Source: an uncultured virus (IMG/VR IMGVR_UViG_3300049442_000166)
Lineage: Duplodnaviria; Heunggongvirae; Uroviricota; Caudoviricetes
Strand: one strand, 5' to 3'
Virus record (IMG/VR): IMGVR_UViG_3300049442_000166
Length of the DNA stretch: 20,000 bases
The notes under the pieces were generated by a model. The model saw only the letters and a program-made list of their open reading frames with translations. It ran no database searches and was not told the origin of the DNA. Position numbers and translations under genes: made by a program. Below are positions 1 to 6,721 of this stretch, in pieces. Position 1 is the first letter of the stretch. Every line of letters starts with the position of its first letter.

Positions 1-567
1 GGCGGCAACGTCAACATCTCCGGCAACGTGATCGAGCAAGGGCCGCGCAGCGAGAACCAGAACATCTTCGCCTGGGGCGAGGAGGGTATCACGCACAACG
101 GCACCGAGACCATCAGCAACAACACCATCGTCAACGACCGCGATGGCGGTGTGGGCGTGCTATCACCCACGCCAGTTAGTTTCACCGGCAACCAGCTCTG
201 GAACCTCAGCAACCTAGGCACCGTCAATGCCTCCAACAACGTCAACCTCGCCGCGCGGCCTTCGCTCGACACTTCGGCGATGGCGTTCATCAATCCGACG
301 GACGGCGGCGGTAGTGGCACTGGTGGCAGCACTGGTGGCAGCGGCGATGGCACTGGGGGCGGTGGTAGCACTCCTCCTCCACCGCCTCCGCCTAGCCTGA
401 CGCTGGACGACTACCACGCGATGGTACTCAGCGACTTCCTGGCCTACTTCATGACCCACCCCGCGGTGCTCACCGACCAGCAGGCACTCGGCGTGTTCAT
501 CGCCGAATACACCAGCCCTACGGTCCTGCTGACCCCACCCCCAGGCGACCTATGGAGCCACGCATGA
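1..567 (+). CDS. C-terminal part of a right-handed parallel beta-helix repeat protein with Gly-rich and poly-Pro linkers (5' truncated by the window edge)
   Basis: Frame 1 is open from base 1 (GGNVNISGNVIEQGPRSENQNIFAWGEEG...TISNNTIVND...FTGNQLWN). These Asn-ladder I-x-x-N-x-I repeats are typical of beta-helix proteins. They are followed by a GGGSGTGGSTGG/PPPPPPP linker and a short C-terminal segment. Confidence 0.7.
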   Translation, partial: GGNVNISGNVIEQGPRSENQNIFAWGEEGITHNGTETISNNTIVNDRDGGVGVLSPTPVSFTGNQLWNLSNLGTVNASNNVNLAARPSLDTSAMAFINPTDGGGSGTGGSTGGSGDGTGGGGSTPPPPPPPSLTLDDYHAMVLSDFLAYFMTHPAVLTDQQALGVFIAEYTSPTVLLTPPPGDLWSHA

Positions 568-743
568 CGCCAGAGAATGCTGCGCTGCAGCGACAGATCG
601 ATACCCTGCGCACCCAAACCCAGATGATGCGCGAGGAGAACGCTGAACTGCGCAAGCAGATCGTCCAGCGCGACCATTGGATCAAAGACTTGCGGGAGAC
701 AGTGGAGGCGCTGCTTCGCCCAGCCCCATCGGAAGCGGCGTGA
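564..743 (+). CDS. small coiled-coil hypothetical protein (59 aa)
   Basis: ATG at 564 overlaps the upstream TGA (ATGA coupling). Heptad-like sequence LQRQIDTLRTQTQMMREENAELRKQI. Confidence 0.7.
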   Translation: MTPENAALQRQIDTLRTQTQMMREENAELRKQIVQRDHWIKDLRETVEALLRPAPSEAA

Positions 744-746
744 AAG

Positions 747-764
747 TGTAAAGCTAGCCTTACA
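747..764. promoter_or_regulatory. palindromic operator/enhancer-like site TGTAAA-GCTAGC-CTTACA
   Basis: 18-bp inverted repeat with one mismatched pair, in the AT-richer gap about 110 bp upstream of the first PEP-CTERM gene. Confidence 0.45.
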
Positions 765-872
765 ATTCCTGGTATCCCATTACCGCAAGTGTCGGAACTA
801 TTCGATAACTGTTCCCGTCCCGCATCAGCTAGGACAGCATGCGTCATTCCGGCGCACACCCCAGGAGAACCC

Positions 873-1529
873 ATGCGACACACCCTCCTAGCTGCCACCG
901 CTTTCGCCGCCCTGGCCTACGCTGTCCCGGCGTCCGCCACCCTGATCAGCACCGCCACCTCAAGCACGGCTGGCCTGAGCACCGGCTGCAACACGACCAC
1001 AGCCACCGGCCTGCTGACCGCCACCTGCTCCGGCGGCGGCTTCTCGGCCGTTGCCCTGACAGCATCAGCCCCGCCGCTGCTGGCCGTCCCTGACCTCACG
1101 GCGACCACACTGACCGTCACCACCATCCCGTTGGCGGCGGCGACCACGCTCACCGTCGACATCGCCTCGTCCGGCTTCAGCTTCCCCGGCGGACCGCTCA
1201 CCGCGCTGCTGACCGTCAACAACCTGATCGGCAACGGCGTCGGGCCGTTCGTGTTGTCGGCCGTCACCCCCGTCGGAACCGTTACGCACACCTTCACGGG
1301 TGCCGGCGCAGCGACCGGTGGCCCCACCGTGTTCCCTGCGTTCACGACTGACAGTGCACACTTCGTGCTGACCTTCGGCCCCTCCGCAACGGCGCAGTCG
1401 ATCGATGCCACGATCGAAATCCAGGGCGTCGCCGCGGCGCCGGAGCCTGCCGGCCTCGCCATCCTCGGCGTCGGCCTGCTCGGTCTGGGCCTCGTGTCCA
1501 GTCGCAAGCGTGATCAGTTCTCGCGGTGA
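873..1529 (+). CDS. PEP-CTERM sorting-domain protein 1 (218 aa)
   Basis: AGGAG at 863-867 precedes ATG 873. Sec signal peptide MRHTLLAATAFAALAYAVPASA, Thr/Ser/Ala-rich mature region, and C-terminal APEPAGLAILGVGLLGLGLVSSRKR (PEP motif, TM helix, basic tail). Confidence 0.9.
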   Translation: MRHTLLAATAFAALAYAVPASATLISTATSSTAGLSTGCNTTTATGLLTATCSGGGFSAVALTASAPPLLAVPDLTATTLTVTTIPLAAATTLTVDIASSGFSFPGGPLTALLTVNNLIGNGVGPFVLSAVTPVGTVTHTFTGAGAATGGPTVFPAFTTDSAHFVLTFGPSATAQSIDATIEIQGVAAAPEPAGLAILGVGLLGLGLVSSRKRDQFSR

Positions 1530-1626
1530 CCTAAGACCATCCAGGGGCATCCTCACAGCCATCATCATCAGTATGCTGTGCTGGACGCTCCTGGCCCACC
1601 TCGTGATAAGGATACTTTCGGAATGA
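1510..1626 (+). CDS. putative small single-pass membrane protein (38 aa)
   Basis: GTG at 1510 opens (M)ISSRGDLRPSRGILTAIIISMLCWTLLAHLVIRILSE. It fills the gap between two PEP-CTERM genes, and its TGA overlaps the next ATG (ATGA at 1623-1626). The start is uncertain. Confidence 0.5.
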   Translation: MISSRGDLRPSRGILTAIIISMLCWTLLAHLVIRILSE

Positions 1627-2336
1627 AAAGACTATTGAGTACCACCGCCATCGTCGCCGGAGCCCTCTGGTTCGGGGTGCCGGCGGCGCATGCCAACATC
1701 ACCTTCACCCTGGGCAACGTGCCGCAGCAGCCGAGTGAACAGAATATCTTGTTCACGAACGGCGAGTCGGGCCTCACGTTGACCGATGGCCAAGTCGATC
1801 ACACCGGAGCCGGTGTGCTCTTCACGACGCTCGGCAATCCGTTGCAGATTTTGGCCCAGGCGTCCGGTGGGCAGGCCAAAATCGAGTGTCTCGCGAACTG
1901 TATCGACAACAGCGCGATCCACGCCCCCGACAACAACCAGCTCAATTCGATCTCGATGCGGGCTGGACTGTTGAACGGCCAACCGACTGCGTGGGGCGAT
2001 GCCATCATTGACCTGACGAACGGGGTCGGTGATGCGCTGGTGACGGTCACCGACAATTTCGGCGCGCCGTTCCACTTCGTGCTAACCAACGGCTCAAACT
2101 TCCTGACCATGGTTGCCTCGGGTGGCGAGTTCATCACCCGCATCGACGTGACCAACAATGTTCCTGGAGCAGCCTTCGGGTTTACCCAGTTCGATCAGCC
2201 ACGGGTCAGCGGTCTGTGCACGTTGGTCACCGCGACCAGCTGCACACCGGTCGAGACCCCTGAACCGGCATCCCTCGCCTTGCTTGGCGTAGGGCTGCTC
2301 GGTACCGCCGCCTTCGCACGGAGGCGCCGGTCCTAG
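1623..2336 (+). CDS. PEP-CTERM sorting-domain protein 2 (237 aa)
   Basis: Signal peptide MKRLLSTTAIVAGALWFGVPAAHA and C-terminal ETPEPASLALLGVGLLGTAAFARRRRS. Two Cys pairs (CLANC, CTLVTATSC). Confidence 0.9.
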   Translation: MKRLLSTTAIVAGALWFGVPAAHANITFTLGNVPQQPSEQNILFTNGESGLTLTDGQVDHTGAGVLFTTLGNPLQILAQASGGQAKIECLANCIDNSAIHAPDNNQLNSISMRAGLLNGQPTAWGDAIIDLTNGVGDALVTVTDNFGAPFHFVLTNGSNFLTMVASGGEFITRIDVTNNVPGAAFGFTQFDQPRVSGLCTLVTATSCTPVETPEPASLALLGVGLLGTAAFARRRRS

Positions 2337-2359
2337 CCTAGACTATCCCACAGCAACTC

Positions 2360-2396
2360 GGCGGCAGGAGATGAACCCCCTCCTGTCGCCATTTTT
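2360..2396 (+). terminator. intrinsic (rho-independent) terminator
   Basis: GGCGGCAGGAG / 9-nt loop / CTCCTGTCGCC forms an 11-bp stem with one G-U pair, followed by ATTTTT, about 23 bp after the stop at 2336. Confidence 0.75.
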
Positions 2397-2477
2397 CTGC
2401 CAACGCCATTCCGACCAGGATCAGCTAAAGTCTGGGTGCGCGCCACTGATCGGGCGCATGTCTCAGGGGGTCTCGTC

Positions 2478-3131
2478 ATGAAGCACATCCTGTTCGTCAC
2501 CACGACACTGGCCGCCATGGCCTGGGTCTCGCCGGCCAGCGCCACGCTCGTCAGCTCCGCCAGCTCGACCACGGCTGGCCTGAGCGCCGGCTGCAACACC
2601 ACCGACGGCGGCTCCGGCACGTTGACCACATCGTGCAGCGGCGGCGGCTTCTCAGCCATCGCACTCAGCGCGGGAGGCCCGCCGCTCCTGAGCGTGCCAG
2701 ACCTCTCAGCCACCACGCTGACCGTCACAACGACACCCCTGGTAGCCGCGACCACCCTGACGGTGGATATCGCCTCGTCCGGGTTCAGTTTTGCCGGTGG
2801 GCCGCTCAGCGCTCTCTTGACCGTCAATAATCTGATCGGCGCTGGCACTGGTCCGTTCGTGCTGTCCGCCGTCACCCCGGCCGGCAGCGTCACCAGGACC
2901 TTCACAGGCTCTGGCGCCGAGACTGGCGGCCCGACCGTGTTCCCGGCGTTCACCACCGACTCGGCGCACTTCGTGCTGACGTTCGCTGCATCCGCGCTGC
3001 CGCAGTCGATCGATGCGACGATCGAAATCGTCGGCGCCACGGAAGCATACGAACCGGGATCGCTCGCGCTGTTCGGCGTCGGGTTGCTCGGTACTGTCGT
3101 CCTCTCCCAACGGAGGCGCTGGTTCCTGTGA
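2478..3131 (+). CDS. PEP-CTERM-like protein 3 (217 aa), paralog of 873-1529, with variant YEP motif
   Basis: Signal peptide MKHILFVTTTLAAMAWVSPASA. Long blocks are identical to protein 1 (CSGGGFSA, TTLTVDIASSGFSF, ALLTVNNLIG, GGPTVFPAFTTDSAHFVLTF, QSIDATIEI). C-terminus is EAYEPGSLALFGVGLLGTVVLSQRRRWFL. Confidence 0.88.
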   Translation: MKHILFVTTTLAAMAWVSPASATLVSSASSTTAGLSAGCNTTDGGSGTLTTSCSGGGFSAIALSAGGPPLLSVPDLSATTLTVTTTPLVAATTLTVDIASSGFSFAGGPLSALLTVNNLIGAGTGPFVLSAVTPAGSVTRTFTGSGAETGGPTVFPAFTTDSAHFVLTFAASALPQSIDATIEIVGATEAYEPGSLALFGVGLLGTVVLSQRRRWFL

Positions 3132-3508
3132 GGCGTAAACCGCGGCGCATCGATGAGGTCACGGCCGGCTTCTACCGCTACCGGCGGGCAAAGAAGGGCC
3201 CGTGGATGCCGGCCGTCGTCACCGTCGAGGACGGCATGATTTACGTGGTCGAGGCCGACGAGACGTTGCAGGTCGGCATCACCGCGGACGCCTACGCCGA
3301 CATCATCATCCAGGCGACAATGGAGGGCACGGCGTTCGAGCTGAGCCTGCTGCGGGTCGTGTGGTTCGGCGACCTCATCGACGAGGCTGAGTATCGCCAG
3401 ATGCTGGAGACGCTGGCCTGGGCGCGGGAGAACCAGCCGGATCACCCGATGCTCCATCCAGACGAACCTATCGTGCTGCGCGAGGTGAGGGTCGCTAGTA
3501 TCTTCTGA
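3128..3508 (+). CDS. conserved phage hypothetical protein (126 aa)
   Basis: GTGA overlap with the previous stop. The pattern GFYR..R.KKGPWMPA...IDEAEY...WA...PDHP...P.EPI resembles a recurrent alphaproteobacterial phage family (recognised by eye). Confidence 0.75.
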   Translation: MRRKPRRIDEVTAGFYRYRRAKKGPWMPAVVTVEDGMIYVVEADETLQVGITADAYADIIIQATMEGTAFELSLLRVVWFGDLIDEAEYRQMLETLAWARENQPDHPMLHPDEPIVLREVRVASIF

Positions 3509-3537
3509 TTGACGGATGGATACTGATGAGCTATCAG
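3509..3537 (+). promoter_or_regulatory. sigma70-type promoter (TTGACG-N17-TATCAG)
   Basis: TTGACG at 3509-3514 and (GC)TATCAG at 3530-3537 resemble the alphaproteobacterial housekeeping consensus. It lies directly ahead of a tightly coupled four-gene run. Confidence 0.55.
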
Positions 3538-3564
3538 GATACTCCGACCCCACAGGAGTATCCC

Positions 3565-4326
3565 ATGTCCCACAGCAACTACCCGATCCCGCCGTCCCCC
3601 GAGACCATCAAGGAATGGCTGGCTGAGACGAACACCGCCCTGGTGCAGCGTCGCGACGAGCTTCTCGCCGGCTACAAGCGCTTCCTGGAGGCCTATCCCA
3701 ACGGCATCCCCGACGAGACCGTGCAGGGCCGCGCAGCCGACTTCGCCGGCCCCAAGGGCATGATGAACACCTTCATCAAGGAGTGCGACACCGGGCACGA
3801 TGTCGAGAAGAAGCCCTACATCGTCGGCGGCAAAGTCGTCGACGCGTTCTTCGGCTCGCTGAGCGACCCGGTCGAGCGCTGTCAGAAGGACATGAGAGCC
3901 CGCATGACGGTGTTCGCCAACAAACAGGAGGCGGAGCGCCGTGAGGCAGCCCGCCTGGAGGCTGAGCGGCTCGCCGCCGAGGCTGCCCTGGCCCAGGACG
4001 CAGCCATCGATGCGATGACCGAGGAGGCCCTCGACCACGCCATGGTCGTCGCCCAGGAGGCCGAGGAAGCCGCCGCCCTTGCCCAGGCGTCAGCTGCCGA
4101 GTTGAGCCGCACCCGCGGCGAGCTGGGCACGGTGGTGTCGCTGCGCACCCGCTGGGTGGCGGACTACCGGGCCTCCGACTTGATGAAGCTGGTCAAGGCG
4201 GTCGCTGCCGGCGACGCGCCGTTGGCGTACCTCGCGTTCGCCGAGACCCGCATCAACTATGCCATCCGGAGCGAAAGGGTTCGTCAGATCCCCGGTGTGG
4301 TGATCAAAGAGGAGCGGTCGATATGA
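3565..4326 (+). CDS. conserved phage coiled-coil protein (253 aa)
   Basis: AGGAG at 3554-3558 precedes ATG 3565. Motifs EKKPYIVGGKVVDAFF, an Ala/Glu-rich coiled coil, and C-terminal SRTRGELGTVVSLRTRW...RQIPGVVIKEE are typical of a phage early-region family. Confidence 0.8.
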   Translation: MSHSNYPIPPSPETIKEWLAETNTALVQRRDELLAGYKRFLEAYPNGIPDETVQGRAADFAGPKGMMNTFIKECDTGHDVEKKPYIVGGKVVDAFFGSLSDPVERCQKDMRARMTVFANKQEAERREAARLEAERLAAEAALAQDAAIDAMTEEALDHAMVVAQEAEEAAALAQASAAELSRTRGELGTVVSLRTRWVADYRASDLMKLVKAVAAGDAPLAYLAFAETRINYAIRSERVRQIPGVVIKEERSI

Positions 4327-4931
4327 AGACGCTGTACGTTCAGACCGACACCACCGGCCGCTACAATTTCCGCGAGCAGATCACCTACACCGAGCAGCCC
4401 AATATGGTGCGGCTCGCCTGCCTGATCGCCGACGAGGCCGACATCATCGGCCGCTGGTGCGTGCTGATCCGCCCCAACAACACCTGGATGGTCGAGGACG
4501 ATGCGGTCGTCGCGCACGGGGTCACCCTGGAGGAGGGGGTGAGGATCGGCGTGCCGGTGGAGAACGCGATGGCGCGCTTTGTCGGCTGGCTGGAGGACGT
4601 CGAGCGGGTCTGCGCGTTCAACATGGATTTCCACCGCAAGATCCTGGAGCGCTCAGCGTTCCAGTCCAGGATAGGGTGGTCACGCCTGTTCGACAGCAAG
4701 ACCATGGCCTGCGCCATGCGCCGGGCGACCGACATCGTGCAGAAGCCCAGGATGATGCCGGGCGGCGGGTTCTCGTGGCCGAAACTCGGCGAGGCGTACG
4801 CGTTCTTCACCGATCGGGATCTGCCGTCGATGGACATGCCACCCGTCGAGCGCGGCATCGCCCTGGCGCAGTGCGTGTATGAGATCGACCGCGGCATCAT
4901 CGACCACCAAAGGAGTACTCCACATGAGTGA
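4323..4931 (+). CDS. DnaQ/DEDDh 3'-5' exonuclease-like protein with degenerate active site (202 aa)
   Basis: ATGA coupling and a GAGGAG RBS. Fold landmarks LYVQTDTTG, AVVAHGVT, VCAFNMDFH, CAM, WPKLGEAY match phage DnaQ-like proteins, but the acidic catalytic residues are altered. Confidence 0.75.
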   Translation: MKTLYVQTDTTGRYNFREQITYTEQPNMVRLACLIADEADIIGRWCVLIRPNNTWMVEDDAVVAHGVTLEEGVRIGVPVENAMARFVGWLEDVERVCAFNMDFHRKILERSAFQSRIGWSRLFDSKTMACAMRRATDIVQKPRMMPGGGFSWPKLGEAYAFFTDRDLPSMDMPPVERGIALAQCVYEIDRGIIDHQRSTPHE

Positions 4932-6438
4932 CACCGACAACGAAATGTTCGTGCAGGAGCGGCCGCGCAACCCGTTCAACACCGGCCAGGAGGTCGCCAC
5001 ACGGCAGGCGCCTTCGCTCGGTGCCTTGGCGTCGGCCGAGCAGCAGAGGGCCCTCGGCGAGCTTCAGGCGCAGATTATGCTGGCACGCATGAACCCACGC
5101 GACCCGCAGCAGGCGATGGACGCCATCCTGCGCGACTGTGGCCGCGTCACCCTGGCGAGCGTCGCGCAATACGAATACGCACGCGGCGGCACCGACATCA
5201 GAGGCCCGTCCATCAAGTTACTGGAAGCGATTGCCCGGCGTTGGGGCAACATCCATTCGGGCTTCAAGATCGTCCACACCGAAGGCAACACCAGCGACGT
5301 CGTAACGTACGCTTGGGATCTGGAGACCGGCTACAAGGACGACAGGCAGTTCCAGGTCCGCCACATCCGCGACACGCGCCAAGGTCCGAAGCTGGTGACG
5401 GACGAACGCGACATCTACGAGCTGATCGCCAACAGCTCGCAGCGCCGCAAACGGTCGTGCCTGCAGGCGGTGATCCCATCAGACGTGATCGATGCCGCGG
5501 TCGAGCAATGCCAAGAGACGATGAGCGCCAACGTCGACACTTCGGTGGACGGGCTGAAGAAGCTACTGAAGGCGTTCTCGGAATTCGGCGTCACCCAGGC
5601 GCAGATCGAGCAGCGCATCCAGTGCAAGCTGGAGGCAATCAGCCCGGGGCAGGTGATGCAGCTGAGCCGCATCTACACCAGCATGCACGACGGCATCTCT
5701 GTGCCGAGCCAATGGTTCAGGGCGGTCGATCCGCCGCGGCCGACCCGGCAAAGTCCAGCCGCCAAGCAGCCAACCCAGACGCCGCCGGCACAGGACACTT
5801 CCCAGGTAAAGGGGGATAAGTCGGAAACCCCGACACAGCCCCAGGAGCCGCCCCAGGAGCCGCCCCAGACGCCTCCGCCGACGCCCCCGACACCGACACC
5901 CCCGCCAGCCGAGGAGCCGCCAGCGGAGCCTGAACCCCCGCCAGCGGCAGCGTCCGAGACTCAGGAGCAGTTCGACTACGCCGTGCTGGATGATACCGGC
6001 GAGCCGATCGACGGCGAGACCTATCTCGACCCGCTGGTCTGGGCGCAGCAGTTCCTGGCCGTCTGGGCCCAGACCCACGACAACGACCGTAACAACTTGC
6101 TGTTCCACAACGCCGAGGCTTTGCACGACGCCAAGGCCATGAGCCCCGAGGCCGACGCCCTGCTGGACACCCTCGACGAGGAGGACGAGTCGGAAGCCGG
6201 AGAGCTGCCGGCCGCAGATCCCGAGGAGACGACCGACCCCGACGAGAAGATCGTCGCGCACATCCTGCAGCATCTGCCGACACTGAAGACCGGGCAGGAA
6301 GTCATCGCCTACAGCAAGACACCCGCGGTGATGGCGCCGATCCAGCGCTGGCAGAAGGATGGGCGGGAGGGACTGGTGCTGTCGGTCAAGTCCGCGTTCA
6401 CCACCCGGCTGGAGCGCCTGCGAGTCGGCGGTGCCTGA
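4924..6438 (+). CDS. phage protein with conserved N-terminal domain (putative recombination/ssDNA-annealing function), Pro-rich linker and acidic C-terminal region (504 aa)
   Basis: AAGGAG RBS before ATG 4924. Family signature ARMNPRD...C.R..LA..AQYEYARGGTDIRGPSIKLLEAIARRWGN...AWDLET...RDIYE. The function is inferred from context only. Confidence 0.65.
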   Translation: MSDTDNEMFVQERPRNPFNTGQEVATRQAPSLGALASAEQQRALGELQAQIMLARMNPRDPQQAMDAILRDCGRVTLASVAQYEYARGGTDIRGPSIKLLEAIARRWGNIHSGFKIVHTEGNTSDVVTYAWDLETGYKDDRQFQVRHIRDTRQGPKLVTDERDIYELIANSSQRRKRSCLQAVIPSDVIDAAVEQCQETMSANVDTSVDGLKKLLKAFSEFGVTQAQIEQRIQCKLEAISPGQVMQLSRIYTSMHDGISVPSQWFRAVDPPRPTRQSPAAKQPTQTPPAQDTSQVKGDKSETPTQPQEPPQEPPQTPPPTPPTPTPPPAEEPPAEPEPPPAAASETQEQFDYAVLDDTGEPIDGETYLDPLVWAQQFLAVWAQTHDNDRNNLLFHNAEALHDAKAMSPEADALLDTLDEEDESEAGELPAADPEETTDPDEKIVAHILQHLPTLKTGQEVIAYSKTPAVMAPIQRWQKDGREGLVLSVKSAFTTRLERLRVGGA

Positions 6439-6718
6439 TCTGCTGGCACCATCCCTGGTCGAGATGCTGGCCGAGATGGATCGCGATCTGCTTGCCAGGA
6501 AACGGGCCTATGGCAACCGAGTCTTCACCCGCCGCCTGACTCACGAACGTGCCGAGCGACGGCTGGTCCTCGTGCAGGCTATCATCGACAACCTCAGGGC
6601 CCAGCTATCGCCAGCACAACTCCAGGCGATCGCCCAGGCCAGGGAGAAAAAGGAGCGGCTCAAGTCCCAGCGTCGCAAACCGGCGACCAAGGGAACCGCA
6701 CTGCAGGGGATGGGTTAG
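6431..6718 (+). CDS. small basic phage hypothetical protein (95 aa)
   Basis: GTG at 6431 overlaps the end of the previous gene. SLVEMLAEMDRDLLARKRAYGNRV...AERRLVLVQAIIDNL resembles a common small helical phage family. Confidence 0.7.
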   Translation: MPDLLAPSLVEMLAEMDRDLLARKRAYGNRVFTRRLTHERAERRLVLVQAIIDNLRAQLSPAQLQAIAQAREKKERLKSQRRKPATKGTALQGMG

Positions 6719-6721
6719 TTG

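Noticed and set aside
300..395. Short repeats resembling an array
   Set aside because: They are codon repeats of a Gly/Ser/Thr and poly-Pro linker. No CRISPR-like repeat-spacer structure, tRNA or rRNA was recognised anywhere in the window.
770..787. Possible sigma54 promoter TGGTAT...CCGC upstream of PEP-CTERM gene 1
   Set aside because: The GG to GC spacing is 12, not the required 10.
2333..3553. 406-aa - strand ORF and other long antisense ORFs (917-1507, 5563-6273, 11308-12336, 19069-19749)
   Set aside because: They are shadow frames of well-supported genes in GC-rich DNA, with no recognisable motifs or RBS.
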